A model generated the notes under the pieces. That model did not search any database. It had not been told where the DNA came from and saw only the letters and a program-made list of their open reading frames with translations. From an uncultured Candidatus Saccharibacteria bacterium (lineage in GTDB: Bacteria > Patescibacteriota > WWE3 > 2-01-FULL-39-13), in assembly GCA_964370865.1 (NCBI GenBank), contig CAYJKF010000004.1, forward strand, positions 22,734-86,733: a DNA stretch of 64,000 bases, in the 5' to 3' direction. Made by a program: the position numbers and the translations under genes. Positions 10,213 through 19,244 of the stretch are shown here, one piece after another. Position 1 is the stretch's first letter. Each line of letters opens with the position of its first letter.

Positions 10213-10819
10213 GTGCAGTCACAAACGTAGAGAAAGATTTTATTATTCCTCCGCCCGGTGGCTGGCATGCTGAACTCGATACTTTTATTGTAGCATTAAC
10301 TTGGATTGGATTTCCAGGGCTTACAATGAATGCTATCTCTGTAATATCTACACCATTTGTAGCATCATTTGTGATTTTGTACTCGTCAGAAATACTATCC
10401 AATGAAACTGAATCTATAAGTGGCTGTGATGGGGGTGATTCTCTATATACAAATAAATTATTATTTGGACCCCCAGCGCCAGTCCTGCAGTTATCACTTC
10501 CGCCTACTCCAATGACTTCATTAAACGTTGAGTCTGTCCCGAATATTCTTATACCTGGAGATGTGCCCGTAAATGGCGCATCAGTAAGCAATTCAACATT
10601 CTTAGCCTTTCGAATTTTTTCCTCAATTGTCCTTAATGCTATATCACCATTTCTCTCAATTTTCTGTAACTCACTTTGTTTTTGAAACGATTTAACTACA
10701 GAAATTAATATTCCACCAGTTAAAGTTAAAGTAAGTCCTAAAATCGCGATAGTGATAGTTAGCTCAATTAAAGTAAATCCTGATTTAATTTTTTTAGAAA
10801 AGTTGCGAATTGAGGTCAT
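10199..10819 (-). CDS. type IV pseudopilin/minor pilin (prepilin-type N-terminal cleavage/methylation domain)
   Basis: N-terminus MTSIRNFSKKIKSG|FTLIELTITIAILGL is the canonical G/FTLIE class III signal with Glu at +5. Confidence 0.75.
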   Translation of the reverse strand: MTSIRNFSKKIKSGFTLIELTITIAILGLTLTLTGGILISVVKSFQKQSELQKIERNGDIALRTIEEKIRKAKNVELLTDAPFTGTSPGIRIFGTDSTFNEVIGVGGSDNCRTGAGGPNNNLFVYRESPPSQPLIDSVSLDSISDEYKITNDATNGVDITEIAFIVSPGNPIQVNATIKVSSSACQPPGGGIIKSFSTFVTARGSY

Positions 10820-10832
10820 ATTAAATTACCTC

Positions 10833-11330
10833 TTACCAATTAGATAAAAGAGAAACAATTTTAACATTACTTACATCTTCAGTTTTGTTAGTTGAATCAG
10901 CCCATTGAACAGTTACTGTTACTCTTTTTGTATTATTAAGATCATCTACGACCTCTATCATTCTCTGAAATGTGTTATTCGCACCACTATCTCCAGATGG
11001 TGCAACCACATCCTGGTAAGGACAGGTAGTAACATCACCTGCTTCATCTATCTCCCCGAACGTATTAATCGTGTAACACTTGCCACTTTTTAATTGAAAA
11101 TATCCATTCTCGTCTCGGTAATACCTCATGGCTTCGATTCCTTGAACAGCTAACTTTGTGGCTTGAGATCTCCTTAGTGAAGAGGCAACAGTTTTTGAAG
11201 AAGCAGCTCCTAATACTAATAGTGCAGATAAAACCATAGCCGCAAGTCCAATTGATAATACAATTTCGATAATAGTTTGACCTGATTTTAATTTTAATTT
11301 TGGTTTATTTAAAACAGTAGGGCAGTGCAT
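10833..11330 (-). CDS. pilin-like protein (start trimmed to internal Met; track ORF extends to 11444)
   Basis: MHCPTVLNKPKLKLKSGQ|TIIEIVLSIGLAAMVL is a prepilin-like leader with Glu at +5. The track ORF 10833..11444 overlaps the upstream gene by 95 nt, so the start is likely at 11330 or 11336. Confidence 0.5.
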   Translation of the reverse strand: MHCPTVLNKPKLKLKSGQTIIEIVLSIGLAAMVLSALLVLGAASSKTVASSLRRSQATKLAVQGIEAMRYYRDENGYFQLKSGKCYTINTFGEIDEAGDVTTCPYQDVVAPSGDSGANNTFQRMIEVVDDLNNTKRVTVTVQWADSTNKTEDVSNVKIVSLLSNW

Positions 11331-11349
11331 ATACATATAACAGTTACTT

Positions 11350-11877
11350 TTATTGTACATTAATCTTACCATTTTGATAAACAGTAAAATCTGATTTTTT
11401 TCGAGCCGCGACGTCATCATATCTATAGTAAAGAGTGAAGTCATTTCTAGGAACTGGAGTACCTGCTGAATCTATAAGTTGGCCAGTAAGTCTTTCAAAA
11501 AACAACACGTTATATTGCCCCGAGCCACAAGAGCCCCACCTAAAGGTAAAATTAACAGGCACGCTCTTTGATTCCAGAGAAATAAATGAATTCACTTCTC
11601 TAACACCAAGCTCATAAGTTGGGCTTCCACATTGAAATTGAATCGCCCAATCACCACGATTATAAACATCAAGAGCACCTGCAAGTGATTTATTTCTAGC
11701 TAAAGCTAGATCCGAAGATACTAATTGCGCAACCCGGCTCACACTACGTTCACTCGCATACCCAACTAGTGCGGGCATCGTTGACGCAGCTAGAATGGCA
11801 AGAATGGAAACTACTACCAAAATTTCTACTAGAGTGAATGAATTCTTATTAAAAGGAAAATTGTCTGGCATTAACAA
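11350..11877 (-). CDS. type IV pilin-like protein (Ser at -1)
   Basis: MLMPDNFPFNKNS|FTLVEILVVVSILAILAA. The FTLVE motif is intact, but Ser replaces the usual Gly before Phe. Confidence 0.65.
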   Translation of the reverse strand: MLMPDNFPFNKNSFTLVEILVVVSILAILAASTMPALVGYASERSVSRVAQLVSSDLALARNKSLAGALDVYNRGDWAIQFQCGSPTYELGVREVNSFISLESKSVPVNFTFRWGSCGSGQYNVLFFERLTGQLIDSAGTPVPRNDFTLYYRYDDVAARKKSDFTVYQNGKINVQ

Positions 11878-11889
11878 TTATTGTACAAC

Positions 11890-12336
11890 TTAAAATGGAT
11901 TGGTTACACAGTATGTGGGGCGAGTTATGGCAGGTGAGAAACAATGCGGTATTGAAGTCCCATTGTCAGAAGGATTTTCTAACATAGTACACACCGTATA
12001 GTCCTGGTAAGATGCACCAGATGAATAACAATAATAACCAGAAATATCTGGAACTGGAACAGTTTTAAGATAATTACTTAAAGGTCCATTTAATGCGGAA
12101 ATCGGATTATGGGCAGTGGGCATTGGATACTGATTATTGTCTGCGTAATAATGGCCTAAGGCTTCTGAAATAATCGACATATCTTTTTTTCTATTTGTAT
12201 CTCTAGCTTTTTGTCTAAGTAATTCAGGGTTAATAGCAGCAACAATTAAACCAGCCAAAATAGCGATAATTCCTACAACTATAAGAAGCTCTACTAATGT
12301 AAATGATTTAATGTTTTTCATAATTATGTACGGCAA
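11890..12336 (-). CDS. type IV pilin (Ser at -1)
   Basis: MKNIKS|FTLVELLIVVGIIAILAGL is a class III signal with Ser at -1. 148 aa. Confidence 0.7.
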   Translation of the reverse strand: MPYIIMKNIKSFTLVELLIVVGIIAILAGLIVAAINPELLRQKARDTNRKKDMSIISEALGHYYADNNQYPMPTAHNPISALNGPLSNYLKTVPVPDISGYYCYSSGASYQDYTVCTMLENPSDNGTSIPHCFSPAITRPTYCVTNPF

Positions 12337-12758
12337 CCAGTAGCAACTATGGTTCCGTTACTCGATAAATCCTCACTAACAGTACATGTCATATTACAAG
12401 TAGTACTTGGAAGGGTTGCACCAATTATCACGGTACCAGTTCCTGTAGTAGAAGAACCTCCAGTCGTGATTGTATAAGTTAAGTTATTTGGAGGTAAAAC
12501 AATACTAGTAGCATTTTGTGCACCAACTAATCCCAGTTGGCCTAAAGTCGTACAATTCATATTATTGTAACTAGGTTGGCCACTCATACAGGCAACGGCC
12601 ATTCCACAAACCTTAGACATTTGAGTTCTCATAACTCCTTCGCGCGCGCGTTGTTGTTGAACTGCTGGTTGTATTACGGATAGAACTAAGCCAGCAAGAA
12701 TACCAATGATTACAACCACGATTAGTAATTCAACCAATGTAAATGCTCGCTTATTCAT
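12324..12758 (-). CDS. type IV pilin, PilA-like (Ala at -1)
   Basis: MNKRA|FTLVELLIVVVIIGILAGLVLSVIQPAVQQQRAREGV. 144 aa, with a Thr/Gly-rich C-terminus. Paralog of 12832..13242. Confidence 0.75.
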   Translation of the reverse strand: MNKRAFTLVELLIVVVIIGILAGLVLSVIQPAVQQQRAREGVMRTQMSKVCGMAVACMSGQPSYNNMNCTTLGQLGLVGAQNATSIVLPPNNLTYTITTGGSSTTGTGTVIIGATLPSTTCNMTCTVSEDLSSNGTIVATGCRT

Positions 12759-12831
12759 ACAATCCTAAAGTTACTAAAATACGCTGATGTATTGAACCAC
12801 CAGCGTATTACTAAGAGACTAACAAATAGTG

Positions 12832-13242
12832 TTAGAGGCCACCGACAATACAACCGGTAAAATCAAGTGCTGTTGGTGTTGATGTTGTAAAATTATACCT
12901 ACAGAAACCGCTACAACCATCAAGTGTTCCTGATGCCTCCACTTCGTTCGCAGAAATGGCACCGACACTGTAACTAGATCCTGCAGGGTTTCCAGTAGGG
13001 ATTGTAACTCCGATTTCTACATCACTATCGCAGTTAGCAATGGTAGTAGTTGTTGCGGCACAAGCAAATAAACCTGTACAAAGTTTTCCTGTACTTGCTT
13101 GCAAAACTCCTTCTCTGGCTCTTCGTTGTTGCTGAGCTGGATTTAAAACGGATAAAACGATACCTGCAAGGATACCGATTATAACTACAACTATAAGTAA
13201 CTCGATAAGCGTAAACGCTTTTGAATGTCTGGCCTTCATCAT
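12832..13242 (-). CDS. type IV pilin, PilA-like (Ala at -1)
   Basis: MMKARHSKA|FTLIELLIVVVIIGILAGIVLSVLNPAQQQRRAREGV. 136 aa, with C-terminal Cys pairs. Confidence 0.75.
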   Translation of the reverse strand: MMKARHSKAFTLIELLIVVVIIGILAGIVLSVLNPAQQQRRAREGVLQASTGKLCTGLFACAATTTTIANCDSDVEIGVTIPTGNPAGSSYSVGAISANEVEASGTLDGCSGFCRYNFTTSTPTALDFTGCIVGGL

Positions 13243-13346
13243 CTTTTTATAGATTTTTCTGCTCTATCCAAAAGCAATATTCGAGTTTTTGGATGGGCAG
13301 TAAATTAATTGATTACTTACTATAAAGATAGCACAAAGAACATACC

Positions 13347-14213
13347 CTATGTCAACATCAAAAAATACCATTCTAAGACTTCCTCACCAATCAAATAGGC
13401 AAGAACAAAGCCAAAAATTAAAAATGGACCAAATGGAACGGCACTTTTGAATTTTGTTTTACTTATCATTATTAAAAAAATACCAACCAACGAGCCACCT
13501 AGAAAGGCGCCAAACCATAGAACAAAACTTAACCGAAATCCAACGAATAAAGCTAATAAACCCGCTAAATAAACGTCACCTTCGCCCATGAGTCTTTCTT
13601 TTGAGAAAAAATAAAGCGACCAAAAAAACGCCACCATAATAAGACCAGCTAACAATGACCACAAAATATCTGAGTAAGCCAAAGAAAAGAGTCTAAACAT
13701 TACATAATTAGGATTAAGCAAAAATAAGAGATAACCCAAAATATAAACCACGCCTAAATACCAGAAGAATAGGGAAGGAATAATTAAATATTTAAGGTCA
13801 CTTAAAAAAACAAGAGAAATGCCAAACAAAATTAAATAGATAAAAAACGTCACAAGTGGAAACTGAAATAAAATATCAATATTAGATAGCAGACCAAAAT
13901 TAAAACCAATTGCTATAAAATCTAGAAAATAAAAAGTTAGAGCGAAAACTAAACCAAACCCAAGTTCAGCTGCAAATAAACTAACAGGAATTTTGGCATG
14001 ACATTTATTACACTTTCCACCAGATTTTAAAAACGAAAAAATTGGAACCAAATCAAAAAACCCAAGTACACTTTTGCATCCTTCGCAATACGAACGTCCT
14101 TTTAAGAAATCCTCGCCACGATACAAACGATCAATCATCGCCATACCAAACGAACCTAAAATTGATCCTAAAACAAAAAAGAAAACAGTAAAAATAATCT
14201 CTAAAAACATCAC
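13347..14213 (-). CDS. pilD: prepilin peptidase PilD (A24 family)
   Basis: Polytopic membrane protein. It has a CEGCKSV...CNKCHAKI tetra-Cys zinc motif like the PilD cytoplasmic domain. Adjacent to the pilin and pilBTC genes. Confidence 0.8.
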   Translation of the reverse strand: MMFLEIIFTVFFFVLGSILGSFGMAMIDRLYRGEDFLKGRSYCEGCKSVLGFFDLVPIFSFLKSGGKCNKCHAKIPVSLFAAELGFGLVFALTFYFLDFIAIGFNFGLLSNIDILFQFPLVTFFIYLILFGISLVFLSDLKYLIIPSLFFWYLGVVYILGYLLFLLNPNYVMFRLFSLAYSDILWSLLAGLIMVAFFWSLYFFSKERLMGEGDVYLAGLLALFVGFRLSFVLWFGAFLGGSLVGIFLIMISKTKFKSAVPFGPFLIFGFVLAYLIGEEVLEWYFLMLT

Positions 14214-14887
14214 TTAATATAGCTATACAAAAAAACCTCTACCGATAAAAACGGATTTATATTATTAGAAAGCAAATTCCGCTTTAATTCAATAATACGT
14301 GAAATAGCCCCTGATATATACTTTCTATCCTTACAAGACTTCTCAATAAGCAAAGACCTTAATTCAAAAATCCAAAAATTAAACAATTCAGAAACAAAAT
14401 CTCTATCTGCTAACTTAGTTTTATTACTCACTGTCCAATCAATACGCGCACCTAAGTCCATTTTCATAAGAGATAATAGAGAAAACTTTATATCAAAATC
14501 ATTTGTATTCGACTGACCAACATTATTAAGTATCGAACGAGATCTAATTGTACTTAACAAATTATCAGGATGATTAACAGACAAAATATAAATAATATAT
14601 TCAGGCACTTCCTCTAAAGTTTTGAGGAGTGCATTTTGAGCTTCTGTCGACAAATACTGAGCATCTTTAATAACAACAGCCTTAACTTTTGCAATAACAG
14701 GTTTAAAAGAAGACTCTTTAATAATCTGCTTAACTTCTGAAATAGGAATATTTTTTTTATCCTCAGCTTTTTCTAATACTTTCACATCGGGATTATTATC
14801 AAACGATAAACCAAATGTGTTTAAATATTCTAAAACAGCCTTATCCCTGAAAACGCTGTCATTTGAAGCAAATATTATGGTTTGCAT
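14210..14887 (-). CDS. DNA polymerase III delta-prime-like protein (minimal, no Walker A)
   Basis: Contains AQNALLKTLEEVP and TIRSRS, matching the NALLKTLEEPP and TIxSRC motifs of HolB. The N-terminal ATPase region is missing or degenerate. It overlaps pilD by 4 bp. Confidence 0.5.
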   Translation of the reverse strand: MQTIIFASNDSVFRDKAVLEYLNTFGLSFDNNPDVKVLEKAEDKKNIPISEVKQIIKESSFKPVIAKVKAVVIKDAQYLSTEAQNALLKTLEEVPEYIIYILSVNHPDNLLSTIRSRSILNNVGQSNTNDFDIKFSLLSLMKMDLGARIDWTVSNKTKLADRDFVSELFNFWIFELRSLLIEKSCKDRKYISGAISRIIELKRNLLSNNINPFLSVEVFLYSYIK

Positions 14888-14919
14888 GAATAAGTCTATG
14901 ATATACTAAAAAATATAGT

Positions 14920-16860
14920 ATGCCCACAAATCCTGCCAATAAAATTGAAACCGTGCTACTCGAAAAAGGTCTATTAACGAAGACACAAGTAGACGCCATA
15001 AAAAGAATCCAACTGTCATCAGGAAAATCCTCTTTAGAAATACTAGAAGAAAACCATTACATAGATCCCGAGGCGCTAGTTAGAGCTAGGGGAGAAATCT
15101 CAGGACTACAATACTACGCACCAACTGGAGTTGAAATCAAACCAAATATATTGCAACTAATTCCAGAAAAATACGCACGTAAATATAAATTATTACCAGT
15201 TGAGACGGATAACTACACATTGAAGGTTGCTATGGCAGACCCGTTTGATTTAGATGTAATTCAATTTCTAGAAAGAACAACTAAAAAAACAATCCAACCG
15301 TTAATCGCAGTAGACAGTATGCTAATTGATGCAATTGATAAACAGTACGGTAGAGGATTTGGGGATGAAGTCACACAGGTTATAGAAAAAGCAGCAGAAA
15401 CAACAACAGAGAAAATCCAGGAATCACTATCATCAATAGAACAAGCAGATGACATTATAAAAGTTTCGCCAGTTGCAAAAATAGTCAGCGTTATCTTAGA
15501 ATACGCGGTTAAATCTGGAGCATCAGATATTCACATAGAAGCAGAAGAAGGCAAGACTAGAATTAGATACAGAATAGATGGAGTTTTACAAGAAAAATTT
15601 CCGTTACCAAAAAGTATCCATAACTCAATAATTGCGAGAATTAAAATTCTTGCCAACATGCCAATTGATGAACGAAGAAAACCTTTAGATGGAAAATTCA
15701 AAGTTGAGGTAGGAAATAATAAAACCGATCTTAGAATTTCTACACTTCCAACAGTTAATGGAGAAAAATGCGTTATTAGGCTTTTAAAATCCGACAACCA
15801 AGTATTATCTCTAGACCAACTCGGCTTATGGGGAGATGGAAGCAAAATTTTTATCGAAGGACTAAGTCAAAATACCGGAATTCTATTAGTTACAGGACCT
15901 ACAGGTTCAGGTAAAACGCTTACACTAGCCACTTCACTTGCAAGATTAAATTCTCCCAAAGTTAATATAATTACATTAGAAGACCCTGTTGAAATTAGTA
16001 TTCCGGGAGTTAATCAGGTTCAAATTAATACTGCAGCTGGACTTACTTTCGCAAATGGACTAAGGGCAATTCTAAGACAAGATCCTAACATTATAATGGT
16101 CGGGGAAATTAGAGATGTCGAAACTGCGAAATTGGCAATACAAGCCGCACTTACTGGACATTTAGTTCTAGCTACATTGCATACAAACTCGGCAGCGGGT
16201 GCAATTCCAAGACTTATAGATATGGGTGTAGAACCATTCTTACTTTCATCAACCATAAATGTTGCATTAGCACAAAGACTTACCAGACGAGTATGCGAAT
16301 TCTGCAAAACTTCATATGAAGCAGATCCTGTAATCGCACAAGATATAAAAAGAATCTTAGGAGACCGGTTACTAAAAATTGCACTTGCTAAACCACAACT
16401 TCCATTAGATAAAACTGCCGAAATTTTACCAATAATAAATACAAAAAAATCCGAAGAAATCAAAAAAAATTCATCTCAAAACGGAACAATTGAAATAAAA
16501 CCTCCTTCAATGGCAGAGATAATCAATGCTAACAAAAAAACTCCACAATCAATACCAACTCAAGCGGCTAGTGGAACACCCGCACCTTCAACATTAGAAC
16601 AAACCAAATTAATATTATACAAAGGGAAAGGATGTAAAGAGTGCAACAACACTGGATACAAGGGTAGGGTAGGATTATTTGAAATAATGAAGATTGCGAC
16701 AAATATTCAAGATTTAGTAGAAGCAAGTGCTTCGGCCGATACAATTCAACGAAAAGCAGAAGAAAATGGTTTAATTACATTAGTGCAAGATGGTTATATT
16801 AAAGCTTTGTGGGGATTAACAACCCTTGAAGAAGTACTTTCTGTTGCAGATGAAGTTTAA
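14920..16860 (+). CDS. pilB: type IV pilus assembly ATPase PilB (GspE family)
   Basis: 646 aa. N-terminal T2SSE_N-like domain, Walker A GPTGSGKT, Asp/His boxes and a tetra-Cys motif (CEFC...CKEC). Confidence 0.9.
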   Translation: MPTNPANKIETVLLEKGLLTKTQVDAIKRIQLSSGKSSLEILEENHYIDPEALVRARGEISGLQYYAPTGVEIKPNILQLIPEKYARKYKLLPVETDNYTLKVAMADPFDLDVIQFLERTTKKTIQPLIAVDSMLIDAIDKQYGRGFGDEVTQVIEKAAETTTEKIQESLSSIEQADDIIKVSPVAKIVSVILEYAVKSGASDIHIEAEEGKTRIRYRIDGVLQEKFPLPKSIHNSIIARIKILANMPIDERRKPLDGKFKVEVGNNKTDLRISTLPTVNGEKCVIRLLKSDNQVLSLDQLGLWGDGSKIFIEGLSQNTGILLVTGPTGSGKTLTLATSLARLNSPKVNIITLEDPVEISIPGVNQVQINTAAGLTFANGLRAILRQDPNIIMVGEIRDVETAKLAIQAALTGHLVLATLHTNSAAGAIPRLIDMGVEPFLLSSTINVALAQRLTRRVCEFCKTSYEADPVIAQDIKRILGDRLLKIALAKPQLPLDKTAEILPIINTKKSEEIKKNSSQNGTIEIKPPSMAEIINANKKTPQSIPTQAASGTPAPSTLEQTKLILYKGKGCKECNNTGYKGRVGLFEIMKIATNIQDLVEASASADTIQRKAEENGLITLVQDGYIKALWGLTTLEEVLSVADEV

Positions 16861-16877
16861 TTCTTTATACTAAAATT

Positions 16878-17960
16878 ATGCCTGATAATAATCCTGTCCA
16901 AGTTGATGATGTTTTGCGAAAAGCAGTCCAATTAAATGCCTCTGATGTACACCTTTCATTTAATACTCCACCAATTTCTAGAACAGCGGGAGTATTATCT
17001 CCAATATCGGGATTTGGCGCATTGTCAGAAGATGATTTGAAAGCAATAGTCATACAACTTTTACCCGAATCCAAAATTGAATTACTATATAAAAATAGAG
17101 AAATCGACAGTGCTTACGAGCTTACGACTAAAGAAAGATTTAGGGTAAATATATTTTTCGAAAAAGATAAATTAGCTTTTGCTCTAAGACTTATTCCACC
17201 ACATATTCCCACACTTGATGAATTAAACATTCCTCATATTTATTATGAATTTTGTAAATTGCCAGCTGGACTAGTTGTTGTTGCCGGTCCTTCAGGTGTT
17301 GGAAAATCTACCACCTTAGCTGCAATGATTAATTGGATTAATCAAAATAGAAATACTCATATCGTTACAATTGAAGATCCTATTGAGTATCTATTTAAAT
17401 CAGATAAATCGCTTATTCAACAAAGAGAGTTACATCTAGATACAATGTCTTGGGAAAAATCTCTTAAATCAGCACTTCGCGAAGATGCAGATGTTATATT
17501 TGTCGGGGAGGTTAGGGACTTTGAAACACTTCATCTTACATTAAAAGCAGCAGAAACTGGACACTTAGTTTTGACAACTATTCATGCATTCTCAGCATCA
17601 CAAGCAATAGAAAGAATTATCGGAATGTATCCTGAAAACAAGCAGTCTCAGGCTCGTATGCAACTTAGTGTTGTTCTCGAAGGTATATTCACTCAAACAT
17701 TAGTTCCAGGAATAGACAAATCAAAAAGGTATCCAGCGGTTGAAATCTTGATTGCTACAGATGCAGTTAAGAATACAATTAGAGAAGGTAATTCACACTT
17801 TATAGACAACATAATAAATACAAATATTGAATCAGGAATGCAGTCGATTGAAAGATCTCTAGCAGAGTTAGTTAATGATAAAAAAGTTTCACTCGAGGTT
17901 GCAATGGCAAGTAGCCGTAAACCTGATGAGGTAGTACGGTTTATAAAACGCAAAAAATGA
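16878..17960 (+). CDS. pilT: twitching motility ATPase PilT
   Basis: 360 aa. Walker A AGPSGVGKSTT and PilT-type His box. Lies immediately after pilB. Confidence 0.85.
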   Translation: MPDNNPVQVDDVLRKAVQLNASDVHLSFNTPPISRTAGVLSPISGFGALSEDDLKAIVIQLLPESKIELLYKNREIDSAYELTTKERFRVNIFFEKDKLAFALRLIPPHIPTLDELNIPHIYYEFCKLPAGLVVVAGPSGVGKSTTLAAMINWINQNRNTHIVTIEDPIEYLFKSDKSLIQQRELHLDTMSWEKSLKSALREDADVIFVGEVRDFETLHLTLKAAETGHLVLTTIHAFSASQAIERIIGMYPENKQSQARMQLSVVLEGIFTQTLVPGIDKSKRYPAVEILIATDAVKNTIREGNSHFIDNIINTNIESGMQSIERSLAELVNDKKVSLEVAMASSRKPDEVVRFIKRKK

Positions 17961-19165
17961 AATTTAATTATTCCGCAAAGACTCACGATGGGCTAACGAC
18001 AAGAAAAGGTCAGATAGAAGCCCCAGATTTAAGAACAGCAATTGGATTATTAAGAGATAGAGGACTAATTGTGTATTCCATGTTACCTGGTCAAACTGAA
18101 ACATCCATAATGGGAAGGTTAACCGAGTTAATGGGCGTTTCACTAAACGATAAAGTTAAATTTACGGAATACTTATCAAGTATGTTACTAGCCGGACTCC
18201 CGTTAACAAAAGCCCTTGAGTTAATATCTTTTCAGACAAATAAAAAGTCTATGACGGTGATTACAGAATCACTTTTAACAACTGTTGAAAGTGGAGGTCA
18301 GTTATCGGCAGGATTAGAAAAACATATTGATACTTTTGGAGACGCTTATATTAGTTTAGTAAAAGCTGGCGAGGCATCAGGACAATTAGCAGAAGTACTT
18401 CAAAGACTCGCCGTAACACTTGAGAAACAGAGAGAATTCAAAGCTAAAGTTATCGGCGCATTAATCTATCCAATTATTATTACAGTGGCTATGGTTGGTG
18501 TATTTATTATTATTGTTGTTTTTGTTATTCCTCAAATGACTGCGGTTTATGAATCATTTGATGTGACATTGCCATTTTCGACAAGAGCGCTAATTGCAAT
18601 CTCTGATTTCTTTATAAACTTTTGGTGGATGGTTGTTTTAATATTAGTCGCAATAATTGGCGGACTGAAAGTTTTCACCGCAACTGATGATGGAAAATAT
18701 GTTTTTTCTAAAATGGGAATGGGACTACCATTAATTGGTGGACTTATTAGGTATTCAAATCTAGTTCAATTCTCAAGAACATTAGCATTACTAATTCAAT
18801 CAGGAGTTCCAATTATAGAGACGCTAAAAATTGTTAGGGATAGTGTTTATAGCATCATTTATAAAGAGTCGGTGGACTCCTTTATTGAGGATGTTCGGCA
18901 CGGATTTCCTCTTTCACAATCCATTACACAGGATAAAAACTTTCCTCCAATGGTCGGCTCAATGGCAGTTATCGGAGAAGAGACTGGATCTATTGATAAA
19001 CAACTTGAATCCGTCGCAAAATATTATGAAGGTGAAGTCGATAAAATTATCAAAGGTCTTTCAACAGCAATTGAGCCTCTCATAATGATTGTACTTGGAG
19101 CTATGGTAGGTTTACTTATTGTTTCGGTTATTTTGCCAATCTATCAACTTACTACAAGTTTCTAA
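17957..19165 (+). CDS. pilC: type IV pilus platform protein PilC (GspF family)
   Basis: 402 aa with a duplicated GspF domain and 3 TM segments. Overlaps pilT by 4 bp. Confidence 0.85.
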   Translation: MKFNYSAKTHDGLTTRKGQIEAPDLRTAIGLLRDRGLIVYSMLPGQTETSIMGRLTELMGVSLNDKVKFTEYLSSMLLAGLPLTKALELISFQTNKKSMTVITESLLTTVESGGQLSAGLEKHIDTFGDAYISLVKAGEASGQLAEVLQRLAVTLEKQREFKAKVIGALIYPIIITVAMVGVFIIIVVFVIPQMTAVYESFDVTLPFSTRALIAISDFFINFWWMVVLILVAIIGGLKVFTATDDGKYVFSKMGMGLPLIGGLIRYSNLVQFSRTLALLIQSGVPIIETLKIVRDSVYSIIYKESVDSFIEDVRHGFPLSQSITQDKNFPPMVGSMAVIGEETGSIDKQLESVAKYYEGEVDKIIKGLSTAIEPLIMIVLGAMVGLLIVSVILPIYQLTTSF

Positions 19166-19244
19166 AAAATACGGTAGCAGTTGATTTAATCTTCCACTAA
19201 TTCAATTTATTAAAGTACTAAGGTAGGTTATAATAATAAGGTCT

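Noticed and set aside
8375-11617. Embedded or antisense ORFs 8375..8701, 9496..9735, 9864..10046, 9921..10112, 10082..10273, 10326..10685, 10905..11093 and 11435..11617
   Set aside because: All overlap longer ORFs with clear pilin or membrane-protein signatures. Ser/Cys-rich junk translations.
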